Shown in pieces: positions 38,601 through 46,819 of a stretch of DNA of 50,132 bases. The translations under genes and the position numbers were made by a program. The notes beneath the pieces are model-generated. The model searched no databases. It was not told where the DNA came from and saw nothing but the letters and a program-made list of their open reading frames with translations. Location: assembly GCA_020028455.1 (NCBI GenBank), contig JAHZOA010000005.1:1-50132 (forward strand). Reading direction: 5' to 3'. Within the stretch, counting starts at the first letter, position 1; each line of letters opens with the position of its first letter. This DNA comes from Armatimonadota bacterium. GTDB taxonomy: Bacteria > Sysuimicrobiota > Sysuimicrobiia > Sysuimicrobiales > Kaftiobacteriaceae.

Positions 38601-38700
38601 GTCCTTCGACTCGCTTCGCTCGCTCAGGACACCATTCGACTCGCATGCCAACTGGTCGAAGACCATGAGCGAGCCTGCTGCAGGCAGGCGAGTCGAATGG
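38601..38700. repeat. dispersed structured repeat, copy 3 (opposite orientation), sharing the tRNA CCA
   Basis: Minus strand ccattcgactcgcctgc...ggctcgctcatggtcttcgacca...cgagtcgaatgg..ctgagcgagcgaagcgagtcgaaggac. Confidence 0.9.
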
Positions 38701-38774
38701 TGGCGGCGGGGAGACTCGAACTCCCGACACCGCGGGTATGAGCCGCGTGCTCTGACCAACTGAGCTACACCGCC
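38698..38774 (-). tRNA. tRNA-Met(CAU), probably elongator
   Basis: GGCGGTGTAGCTCAGTTGGTCAGAGCA CGCGG CT CAT AC CCGCG GTGTC GGGAG TTCGAGT CTCCC CGCCGCC A CCA; 77 nt with encoded CCA. Confidence 0.95.
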
Positions 38775-38784
38775 ACGCCCATCC

Positions 38785-38812
38785 ATTATAGGGGGAACCC
38801 GCCGGTGAGCAA
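38785..38812 (-). promoter_or_regulatory. promoter of tRNA-tilS
   Basis: TTGCTC, 16 nt spacer, TATAAT, ending 10 nt upstream of the tRNA. Confidence 0.7.
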
Positions 38813-38816
38813 AGGG

Positions 38817-38895
38817 GACTCGTGATTCGTGACTCGTGATTCGTGACTCGCAACTGCAGGATTTGGCCTTACGAGTCACTAGTCACAAGTCACGA
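38817..38895. repeat. inverted heptamer arrays (GAYTCGT)5 ... (ACNAGTC)3
   Basis: Arms at 38817-38851 and 38871-38895. Confidence 0.85.
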
Positions 38896-38899
38896 TGTT

Positions 38900-39364
38900 C
38901 TAACGTATCGTGAATTGCAGCGCTGGAAGTTGAATCGAGGCTCGCTCGGACCCTTCGGTCCGCCCGGTCACGAACGCGATGATTTCATAGGCGCCCAGAT
39001 CGGCCCGGCGGCCCTGGTAGTCGCGCTGATCCCAGGATGCCTTGAGCGTCATGGGCTCGTTTGACCGGATGGGGATAGACTGAACAACCTGGATGAAAGC
39101 TTTGTCGTGCGACCACCGCCAGATCTCGTCGCCACGGGGACGCCGGACCAGCAGATCGAACCGCTGTCCGCTGAAAAACGTCAGCGTCACCGGATTAGCG
39201 CCTGCATTGCGGATCGTAATGGTGACTTCGACGGACTCGCCCGCGTCAAAGACCCGCTTTGTGATTGACGCCTCGTGCCGCAAACCGCCTTCAGCGCGCT
39301 CGACCATCAACGACGTTCCGGGCGCGGCGGCGACCAGCACCACTAGCACGAGTCCAATTAGCAT
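38900..39364 (-). CDS. exported BsuPI-like (intracellular proteinase inhibitor domain) protein
   Basis: Signal-like N-terminus; L.F.SGQ.FD..V.....E.WRWS...F.Q pattern. Start uncertain. Confidence 0.75.
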   Translation of the reverse strand: MLIGLVLVVLVAAAPGTSLMVERAEGGLRHEASITKRVFDAGESVEVTITIRNAGANPVTLTFFSGQRFDLLVRRPRGDEIWRWSHDKAFIQVVQSIPIRSNEPMTLKASWDQRDYQGRRADLGAYEIIAFVTGRTEGSERASIQLPALQFTIR

Positions 39365-39443
39365 TCCCTGCACGGTGACCACCCCGTTGTAGAACACTCT
39401 GGTCTAAATACGTATCCAGGGGGCCTGCAAGTTCTGCCAACCT

Positions 39444-39650
39444 TTATTTGAGGCCGAGTTTGGGCAACTCAAATCGGATCTTCCCCGCGGCGATCTCCTC
39501 GAGCGCAATCGTCACAGGGTTAGCACTGTCGATATCAACCATGGGCAGAGCGCCTTCTTTCAATTGCCGTGCCCGTTTGGCGGCGACGATGACGAGTGCG
39601 TACTTGTTCTCTACCCGGTCGAGCAGCGCCTCGAGTGGAGGCTTGATCAC
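39444..39650 (-). CDS. rpoZ: RNA polymerase omega subunit
   Basis: P....L..V.NKY.LV..AAKRARQL, P...AL.EI..GK. Confidence 0.95.
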   Translation of the reverse strand: MIKPPLEALLDRVENKYALVIVAAKRARQLKEGALPMVDIDSANPVTIALEEIAAGKIRFELPKLGLK

Positions 39651-39697
39651 TTCGTCACCTCGGTGGGGGTTAAGGCCAGTCTTGCGAGCAACACATC

Positions 39698-39725
39698 ATT
39701 TTATCAAGGGCTGAGACCCTGTCAA
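39698..39725 (-). promoter_or_regulatory. rpoZ promoter
   Basis: TTGACA (39725-39720), 16 nt spacer, TAAAAT (39703-39698). Confidence 0.7.
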
Positions 39726-39755
39726 TGGTAAAAGGCGGGTGCTAGAGTAGGGCGC

Positions 39756-40934
39756 ATGCGCATTCATGCGCTTGGATTGATGGCGTTCGGCTCCATTACG
39801 TCGATCATGATGACAATCCCTGTCCTGTCACTCTACTTGAGTGAACGGGGGTTGCCACCCGCGCATGTCGGAGCGGTCATCGGCGCCATGTCGCTTGCAA
39901 TCGTGTTCGCAGAGGTTCTGGTGGCGCCGGCTGCGTCGTCCCGCCTGGGACGGCGAGCCACGGTCGCGATCGCGCTTGCCGGCAGCGCTATTATGCTCGC
40001 GGTCTTCCCTCAGGTCCGCTCCCTCAGCGGCTTCTATCTCAACCGGCTGATCTTCGGCGGCCTGCGCGGGCTGCTGTGGCCGGTCATGTTCGCCGAAGTC
40101 ACAGAGCACGCCTCACCCGAACGCCGTGAGGTATCGTTTGCGATCTTCTGGATGTATTTCGGACTGGGCACGCTCGCGGGACCGGCAATCGGTGGCGTGC
40201 TGGGTGACCGCTTTTCGCTCATGGCGCCGTTCTTTGTCGCAGCGGTCATCTCGATGCTGACGCTGGCGCCGGTCGTCGCGGTGCGGCCGTTCCGGGATCC
40301 CAGCACCGGCAATCCGCTGGCCACCTACCGAACCCTGCTGCGCATGTCGCCGGCGATCCCTCGCGTGTGGGCGCTCACGTTGTGCAACGTCACGATATTT
40401 GGCGTCTACACCACGTTCTTGCCCCTGCACGCGGCATCGCGCGGACTCTCGGCGGCACAGATTGGTCTCATCTTCACAGGCGGCGCTGTATCCTTCATCC
40501 TCGGGCAGGACCTGCTCCGTCGATTGGTCGATCGCATCTCGGCGGAACGGCTGCTGGGGCCGGCGTTTATCGTGCGGGGCCTCGGCATCGCCATCGTGCC
40601 GTTTCTGTACTCCTTCGAAGCCCTCCTGATCGTGAACTTCGCAACTGGGGTAATGGGCGCTGTTCTACCTCTCGCCCTGACGACGCGCGTCGCCGCGCAG
40701 GCATCCCGCGAGCAGCTGGTGCCGGCGATGGGTGGATTCAACGCGGCGGCAGACCTGGGGTTCTTCGTAGGGCCAGTCGTCGGAGGCTTACTAGCCGCCT
40801 TCGGCCTGATTTGGGCGTTCGCAGTGGTCCTGCCGGTGATCGTGATCGCTTTGCTGCTCCTGCGCGACCGGGGTGGAATGCCGCACCAGACGTTACGTGA
40901 GCAGCATCCTGTCCATGACCATGGCGGCGAATAG
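39756..40934 (+). CDS. MFS transporter
   Basis: 392 aa, about 12 hydrophobic segments, SSRLGRR motif-A-like loop, GP.IGG in both halves. Confidence 0.88.
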   Translation: MRIHALGLMAFGSITSIMMTIPVLSLYLSERGLPPAHVGAVIGAMSLAIVFAEVLVAPAASSRLGRRATVAIALAGSAIMLAVFPQVRSLSGFYLNRLIFGGLRGLLWPVMFAEVTEHASPERREVSFAIFWMYFGLGTLAGPAIGGVLGDRFSLMAPFFVAAVISMLTLAPVVAVRPFRDPSTGNPLATYRTLLRMSPAIPRVWALTLCNVTIFGVYTTFLPLHAASRGLSAAQIGLIFTGGAVSFILGQDLLRRLVDRISAERLLGPAFIVRGLGIAIVPFLYSFEALLIVNFATGVMGAVLPLALTTRVAAQASREQLVPAMGGFNAAADLGFFVGPVVGGLLAAFGLIWAFAVVLPVIVIALLLLRDRGGMPHQTLREQHPVHDHGGE

Positions 40935-42668
40935 CAGGGCGAGGTACACGATAGAGTAACTGAACAGCCCCCTCGCAGACTGCGGTGTCTGCGCCCGTCG
41001 CAAGTGAATGGCCCGCCAGAGGAACACGCTGCCGAGCGCTGCCGCGGCAGATACATACATCCAGCCCATCGAACCGATCGGATACAGCAGCATCGTCGTC
41101 GAGACCAACAGCACGGAATAGATCACGATCTGCCGCCGAGTCTCGTGTTCTCCCGCCACCACCGGCAACATCGGTACGTGGGCGCGCGTGTAGTCTTCGA
41201 GGCGGTATAGCGACAGCGCCCAGAAATGGGGCGGTGTCCAGAGGAAGACGATCAGAAAGAGCAGCACCGCGGGAAATTCTACCCGACCTGTCGCCGCCGC
41301 CCACCCCACCAGAGGTGGGACTGCTCCGGCGGCTCCACCAATCACAATGTTCTGAGGCGTCGCCCGCTTCAACCACACCGTATAGATGAAGACATAGAAC
41401 AGTAAACCGAGCATTGCCAGCACCGCACTCAAAAGATTCACCAATGACGCGAGGATCGCAAAGGCGAGCGCTCCGAGGACCACCGCAAAGGCAAACGCAA
41501 ACGGCGGATCGATCCTGCCCGCCGCAATGGGTCGCCTCCGGGTGCGCGCCATCAGGGCATCGATGTCTCGTTCGAGTATCTGGTTGATCGCGCCCGCCGA
41601 TCCCGAGGCAAGTGCCCCCCCGACGAGTGTGCTCAGCATGACCCACGGGGAGACGACGCCAGGCGCCGCGACAAGCATCGCAGCTCCAGTCGTGACAAGG
41701 AGCAGCACAACGATCCGCGGCTTGGTGAGACTGACGTAGTCGAGGATTCGGGCCACCCCTCTCCCCTCTGGGGAGAGGGGTTTGGGGAGAGGGGCAACGG
41801 GCTCGGTCATCCGGGTGGCCAGGACCGCAAGCACGATCAGCGTAGCGAACAGTGCCGCTGCGTTCGCTAGATGAGCTGTCGTTACGCCGGGCGCGAGACG
41901 GTACTCGATGTTGAGCGCGCCGATGAAGACCTGCAGGATCAACAGGCTTACGGCGATCGCGGACGTGGCCTGAAGCAGCGGCCGCCTCCAAAGCCTGTAC
42001 GCCGCGAACGTGGTGGCGATGATCAATACGCTGACGAGCGCGGCGGCGAAACGGTGCACGACATGGACGCCCACCGCGCCTCTCAGGGGAGGAAGCAGTT
42101 CACCGGTGCACAGCGGCCAATCCGGGCAGGCCAGGCCGGCCCCGCTTGCACTGACATATCCGCCCAGCAGAACAAGCATGTAAGTGGCGATCGCAGTGAA
42201 GACTGCAAGCCGCCGGAAGCGAACGTCTCTGCCCGGCACACTCTTGGCGCCCACGACGGCCAGCGTCGCGAGAACGATCAGTGTCGCGAAGAACGCCATG
42301 GCCGTGCCGAGGTGCGCGACGACCACCCACTGGCTCAGTTCTGACTGTACCGTCAATCCGCCGAGGATAATCTGTACACCGACCAGGAGCAGCGCCAGGG
42401 TCGAGAGACCCCGCAGGGCACGCGCCTCCCAGAGGCGCCACGTTTGCACTGCAACGGCAAGGGTCAAGAATCCAACCACCGACGCCACGAGCCGGTGACT
42501 ATACTCGATCAGCACTGGTCCGGCAAGCTGCGGGATCCACCGTCCATCACACAGGGGCCAGTCAGGGCACGCGAGGCCCGATCCGGTTGCTCGGACCACA
42601 CCACCAAGGACGATCAGGAAGTATGTGGCGACGGTTGTTGCGAGGACGAGTCTTGCGAACGACTTCAT
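40893..42668 (-). CDS. heme A synthase (CtaA) - heme O synthase (CtaB/CyoE) fusion
   Basis: Two G.GLACPDWPLC repeats with EYSHR/HR and HL histidines, then LTKPR, D.LM.RT..RP, YT.WLKR, WTPPHFWAL. Confidence 0.92.
   Translation of the reverse strand: MKSFARLVLATTVATYFLIVLGGVVRATGSGLACPDWPLCDGRWIPQLAGPVLIEYSHRLVASVVGFLTLAVAVQTWRLWEARALRGLSTLALLLVGVQIILGGLTVQSELSQWVVVAHLGTAMAFFATLIVLATLAVVGAKSVPGRDVRFRRLAVFTAIATYMLVLLGGYVSASGAGLACPDWPLCTGELLPPLRGAVGVHVVHRFAAALVSVLIIATTFAAYRLWRRPLLQATSAIAVSLLILQVFIGALNIEYRLAPGVTTAHLANAAALFATLIVLAVLATRMTEPVAPLPKPLSPEGRGVARILDYVSLTKPRIVVLLLVTTGAAMLVAAPGVVSPWVMLSTLVGGALASGSAGAINQILERDIDALMARTRRRPIAAGRIDPPFAFAFAVVLGALAFAILASLVNLLSAVLAMLGLLFYVFIYTVWLKRATPQNIVIGGAAGAVPPLVGWAAATGRVEFPAVLLFLIVFLWTPPHFWALSLYRLEDYTRAHVPMLPVVAGEHETRRQIVIYSVLLVSTTMLLYPIGSMGWMYVSAAAALGSVFLWRAIHLRRAQTPQSARGLFSYSIVYLALLFAAMVMDRMLLT
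41756..41794. repeat. REP-like CCCCTCTCCCC element, in frame in the CtaA-CtaB linker
   Basis: Minus strand CCCCTCTCCCC AAA CCCCTCTCCCC AGA GGGGAGAGGGG; 39 nt. Confidence 0.75.
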
Positions 42669-43384
42669 GCGCCCGAACGCGGTTGCGCCGTTCGCGCGGC
42701 GGAAACAAGCGAGCGGAACAGCTGGCGTTGAGATTCATCGTCAGGCATGCGTTCGGGATGCCACTCCACGCCGATCGCAAACGAGGCGCTAGGGAATTCA
42801 ATGGCTTCAATCACTCCGTCTGGGGCGGCCGCCGTGATGACAGCGCCCCTGCCCGGCTGTTTGACAGCCTGATGGTGGGCGCTGTTCACACTGAGTTCTC
42901 TCCGTCCAACGATCTCCGCCAGGCGGCTGCCGGGGACGATGCGGATGTCATGAAAGACGTCCTTCCCCTCGACCCTGTGAGCGGCTGGATCGATTCCGAG
43001 GAGGGAGACATCCTGGTAGAGACTTCCACCCGAAGCAACATTCAGGACCTGCATCCCTCCGCAGATGCCCAGTACGGGCATCCGCTCTTCGAGCACGGCG
43101 CGTCCCAATGGGATCTCCACCTCATACCGGTTCGTATCAACGTCCACCTCGAGCCCGGGGGTGATGCTCTCTGAATACATACGCGGGTCGATATCCCGGC
43201 CGCCGCTCAATAGGAGCGCATCGATTCCCCGCAATGCAGCGCGTTCCCCGGCCGCGCGAAGATCCGCCGGGGTGATCCAGTGCACAACCCCGCCGGCGGC
43301 TTCTACGGCCGTCGCGTAGCCCCGCGCGGACTGGGTGCTGGGATCAATCGCCGTGATTCCGATGCGGGGCGCGCCAGGGTTCAC
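42665..43384 (-). CDS. gamma-glutamyl-gamma-aminobutyrate hydrolase family (peptidase C26)
   Basis: LLSGG.DIDP, LGICGGMQ, VNS.HHQAV, DGVIEAIE, WHPE. GTG 43384 overlaps the upstream stop. Confidence 0.9.
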   Translation of the reverse strand: MNPGAPRIGITAIDPSTQSARGYATAVEAAGGVVHWITPADLRAAGERAALRGIDALLLSGGRDIDPRMYSESITPGLEVDVDTNRYEVEIPLGRAVLEERMPVLGICGGMQVLNVASGGSLYQDVSLLGIDPAAHRVEGKDVFHDIRIVPGSRLAEIVGRRELSVNSAHHQAVKQPGRGAVITAAAPDGVIEAIEFPSASFAIGVEWHPERMPDDESQRQLFRSLVSAARTAQPRSGA

Positions 43385-44100
43385 GGCGACACGAACGGTG
43401 CGTCGCCGCCGGTGCAGAACGCGCATGGCGAGTTCGCATCAGTCTGCGAGGACACCACGACGACCTCTGTCGTGACCTTGAGTGACCGAATCGCAAATGT
43501 GATGGGCCAGGTCGATTGCGTCAAGACCGGGTTGTACTTGGCCTCGAGGGCTCGGATGATGGGGTCGAGCAAAGGAACCCCGTTGACACGCATGTTGTCT
43601 ATATAGAAGTAGAGATCTTTGGTCCCGCCGAGCGCAAACCACCCCTTCAGCCACACCCGCACCGGAAGGTTGTTGAGGGGAACGGTCCCTTCCCCGAAGA
43701 GAAACTGTCCGTCCGACCAGAGGCGGATGTCTTTAAAGGCATTTCCGGAGATGAAATATTCCTGCAGGCTCTTCAGGGTGAACCGCGCGTGGATCGCGGA
43801 CTCTCGCCACTCATCGACGCGCAGCTCTCCGCGCTGCATCGCGCCGACATTCAGCGATGCGCCGACGACACGGAACCACACCTCGTCAACCTGCATTCCG
43901 CCGAGGTTGGCCTTCTTCGCATAGACGCTGATCCGCGCGAAGCCGCCGGGATAGAGGTCGGGTACGGCGTCAATCCTGATGTCATTCGTCTGGAGGAATC
44001 CCGCAAACAGCTTCTGCAGGTCGGCTTCAGGCTGACCGGCGGCAGGCGCGGCCATCGCCGCCACCACCACACTTATTGCGATCACACTTGCCCACCGCAT
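43381..44100 (-). CDS. exported hypothetical protein (possibly DUF2993/LmeA-like)
   Basis: Signal peptide, beta-rich body, C-terminal CxxC; coupled to the next gene. Family assignment is weak. Confidence 0.6.
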   Translation of the reverse strand: MRWASVIAISVVVAAMAAPAAGQPEADLQKLFAGFLQTNDIRIDAVPDLYPGGFARISVYAKKANLGGMQVDEVWFRVVGASLNVGAMQRGELRVDEWRESAIHARFTLKSLQEYFISGNAFKDIRLWSDGQFLFGEGTVPLNNLPVRVWLKGWFALGGTKDLYFYIDNMRVNGVPLLDPIIRALEAKYNPVLTQSTWPITFAIRSLKVTTEVVVVSSQTDANSPCAFCTGGDAPFVSP

Positions 44101-44130
44101 CCTCGCACTCTCCGGCGTGCTCTTCTCTTG

Positions 44131-45129
44131 CTATCCTTCTTGAAGGACCGCTGCGTGCGCAAACAGCGCCGGCTGTCCTCCTGTGTGCCAGAACACCACG
44201 TTCTGGTCAGAGCGAAACCGCTCCTGCGCAATCAATCCCATCAGTCCTGCCATCCCTTTTCCGGTGTAGACAGGATCGAGCAGGATTCCCTCGGTGCGGG
44301 CGGCGACCCGGATCGCATCGAGGCACTCCTTCGTTGGAATACCATACCGCTCTCCGATATAGTCGTCGTAGACGATCACGTCGTCGGGATGCGGCCGCCA
44401 CTCGAGCCTCAACATCTCGACTAGCTCGGTGACGATTCCGACCACGCGCTTCACAACGGTCTCTCGGGGCGGTCCCGCGCTGATCCCGACGACCTGCACG
44501 CCGCTCTGGGTGAGCTTTGTGCCGGCATACAGTCCAGACTGCGTGCCGCCCGAAGTGCTCGTGTGCACGATGGCGTCAATTCGCAGACTCAAAGCGTTGG
44601 CCTGACCCAGGAGTTCGAGCGCGGCTTCCATGTAGGCCGCCGCACCGAACGCATTGCTCCCGCCACGAGGAATGACGTAGGGCTTCCGGCCGTCCCGACG
44701 GAGCTGCCGCGCCATGTCCTCAACGACGCCCATCAGCACGTACTCTTCATCAGTCTGGATCACGCGGACCTCAGCGCCGAAGATGTGGTCCAACAATAGG
44801 TTGCCCTGCCGCTCCCCAGGCACGTCGCCATTGAGTACCACGATTGCCTCGAGCCCAAGCTTGCGCGCCGCGGCCGCCGTCATGCGGGCGTGATTGGACT
44901 GAACTGCACCCACTGTAATGACGACGTCACAACCCTGACTCTGCGCCTGTCCCAGCAAGAACTCAAGTTTGCGTGCCTTGTTTCCGCCGATGGCAAGCCC
45001 GGTGAGATCATCGCGCTTGATCCAGATTTTCGGTCCGCGGAGATATTCAGTCAGCCGCGGCGCGAACTCCAGTGGCGTGGGGAGGTGCGCCAAGTTGACC
45101 CGGGGCAAATCGCCGAGCTGCACGCTCAA
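44131..45129 (-). CDS. D-cysteine desulfhydrase / ACC-deaminase family PLP enzyme
   Basis: IKRDD, GGNK.RKLE, QSNH.R, LDPVYTGK, HTGG. Start TTG 45129 or GTG 45123. Confidence 0.9.
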   Translation of the reverse strand: MSVQLGDLPRVNLAHLPTPLEFAPRLTEYLRGPKIWIKRDDLTGLAIGGNKARKLEFLLGQAQSQGCDVVITVGAVQSNHARMTAAAARKLGLEAIVVLNGDVPGERQGNLLLDHIFGAEVRVIQTDEEYVLMGVVEDMARQLRRDGRKPYVIPRGGSNAFGAAAYMEAALELLGQANALSLRIDAIVHTSTSGGTQSGLYAGTKLTQSGVQVVGISAGPPRETVVKRVVGIVTELVEMLRLEWRPHPDDVIVYDDYIGERYGIPTKECLDAIRVAARTEGILLDPVYTGKGMAGLMGLIAQERFRSDQNVVFWHTGGQPALFAHAAVLQEG

Positions 45130-45140
45130 CCCTCAAATAC

Positions 45141-45216
45141 GGGATAAGGGGATAAAGGGATAAGGGGATAAATTGCGCATTAACCTTATCCCTTTATCCC
45201 TTTCTCCCTTTATCCC
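45141..45216. repeat. inverted octamer arrays (GGGATAAR)4 ... (TTATCCCT)4
   Basis: Arms at 45141-45172 and 45186-45216; the second arm supplies the pxpBC tail and TAA stop. Confidence 0.88.
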
Positions 45217-46819
45217 GCAGTTCCGTAAAGAGCGCTTCTCGCGCTCGAAGCGCGCTTATTGCTGCTTCCACTGTTGTTCGTTCGAAGCGCACAAGGGTTC
45301 CCGGTCGCGCCTGACCTACCAGCGGAAGATCGACCGTGGCCACGACCCCGATCTTTGGATACCCGCCCGTGGTCGGTCCGTCGGCGGAGATCACGATGGG
45401 TTTGCCATCCTGGGGAACTTGTATCGCGCCGGGAAGCATCGCGTCAGAAAGCATCTCCCTCTCAACGCGCGCGATCGCAGGGCCATCCAGACGAATCCCG
45501 GCGCGGTCACTCTGCACCGTGACGCGGAAGGTAGAGTTGTAGAATCCGTCGGCTCCATCGACGAACCACTTCTCCTGTGGGCCGGGAATGACACGAAGGC
45601 CGATCTCGTCAGAGGGGACTCGCATGATCTCCGACGGCACCCTGGTGTTGATGGGTCGTCCGCGCACGCGGCGCACGCCGAGCATGTCTCCCCTGACGAG
45701 TCGCCGTCCGACGCGCCCTGCAGCAAACGCCGACGCGCTTCCGAGAACGGTCCGTGCTTCAATCCCACCAGCGAGCGCGAGGTACGCCCACGTCCCCTTT
45801 CGCGGTGCACCGAACCGGATCTCTTGTCCCGAACTCACTCGTACTGGCTGCCACAGTTCAATCTCTGCTCCGTCCAGCGTAGCGGTGAGGTCTGCACCCG
45901 CCACCGCCACCCAATGCTCATCATGCATCCTGATGACAGGGCCGGGCGCTGTGCATTCGATCGCCGGGGCGCCGGGGTCATTCCCAACCAAGATATTGGC
46001 AACTCGGAACGCATCCCGGTCGATTGCGCCGGAACCAGGCATCCCGAGATGGCGATACCCTGGGCGGCCGAGATCCTGCACGGTCGTGAAGAGCCCAGGT
46101 TCGAGCACCTCGACGGCAGGGTGAACCGGCGCACGGAGAAGCGGAACGGCGTCCTCGGCCAGAAACTCTGCGTGCTTGACGGCAACAAAACGGACACGAT
46201 CGCCGGGGCGGAACAGGATCGGATCTGTCTGGGAAGGATCATAGATGGGCATCGGTGTGCGGCCGATCAGCCTCCACCCACCCGGAGTCTGCAATGGATA
46301 GATGCCGCTCAGAGCGTCCGCGATCGCCACAGACCCCACCGGCACGCGAGTGCGGGGCGTGGCCAGCCTGGAGACACGGAGCGCTTCAGGCAGCAAACCG
46401 AGATACGGAAATCCCGGCGTAAACCCCAGCATGTAGACCGTGTATGCCGCCCGTGAATGAACCGCGATCAACTCTCGCGCGCTTAGACCGCGCGTCGCCG
46501 CCACCTCGTCGAAGTCCGGTCCAGCATCACCGCCGTAGACAACCGGGACTTCCAGGTCACGACCCGCCTGTGGCGCTTCGGGGGCAACCCTGGGCGCGAG
46601 ATCGGCCGCGGCGGCAACGACGGCATCCCGGCTGCCGTCCAATGGATCGATCACGATGAGCACCGACCGCAAGGCGGGTATCGTCTCTTGGACGCCGCGC
46701 ACATCATGCATCGCACGTGCCAGCGCCCGAGCCCTCCCGTTGGCCAGCGGAGAGAGCTCATCGTCGAACTCGACGAGGATCGCGCGATCGCCGAACGGTC
46801 TTACAACAGGCTCCCTCAT
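45194..46819 (-). CDS. 5-oxoprolinase PxpB-PxpC fusion (allophanate hydrolase 1+2 / KipI-KipA type)
   Basis: GF.PGFPYL, GIYP..TPGGW.LIGRT, TTVQDLGR.G, SDR.G.RL, GAIQVP..G.P, TTGGYPKI. Confidence 0.9.
   Translation of the reverse strand: MREPVVRPFGDRAILVEFDDELSPLANGRARALARAMHDVRGVQETIPALRSVLIVIDPLDGSRDAVVAAAADLAPRVAPEAPQAGRDLEVPVVYGGDAGPDFDEVAATRGLSARELIAVHSRAAYTVYMLGFTPGFPYLGLLPEALRVSRLATPRTRVPVGSVAIADALSGIYPLQTPGGWRLIGRTPMPIYDPSQTDPILFRPGDRVRFVAVKHAEFLAEDAVPLLRAPVHPAVEVLEPGLFTTVQDLGRPGYRHLGMPGSGAIDRDAFRVANILVGNDPGAPAIECTAPGPVIRMHDEHWVAVAGADLTATLDGAEIELWQPVRVSSGQEIRFGAPRKGTWAYLALAGGIEARTVLGSASAFAAGRVGRRLVRGDMLGVRRVRGRPINTRVPSEIMRVPSDEIGLRVIPGPQEKWFVDGADGFYNSTFRVTVQSDRAGIRLDGPAIARVEREMLSDAMLPGAIQVPQDGKPIVISADGPTTGGYPKIGVVATVDLPLVGQARPGTLVRFERTTVEAAISALRAREALFTELRDKGRKG

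Noticed and set aside
38698-38774. tRNA-Ile2 or initiator tRNA
   Set aside because: It has a paired G1-C72 and no GGG/CCC anticodon stem, so it is not an initiator. The GGCGG acceptor and CAUAC loop resemble elongator Met, and it lacks the C4/C5 pattern of Ile2.
38560-38780. integrated element (attL/attR) at the tRNA
   Set aside because: No integrase and no duplicated tRNA 3' end elsewhere in the window; the flanking genes are housekeeping.
38389-38879. ORFs 38389-38853 and 38550-38879 as the missing TilS N-terminus
   Set aside because: They translate the tRNA and repeats and contain no SGGxDS.
40893-40934. functional significance of the 42-nt convergent overlap between MFS and ctaB
   Set aside because: Short tail-to-tail overlaps are common and nothing in the sequence suggests regulation.
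40738-41991. 417-aa alternative-frame ORF inside ctaA-ctaB
   Set aside because: Arg/Pro/Gly-rich off-frame translation with no motif or RBS support.
44131-45129. true ACC deaminase
   Set aside because: It has DPVYTGK and HTGG, not the DPVYEGK and HLGG residues of ACC deaminases.
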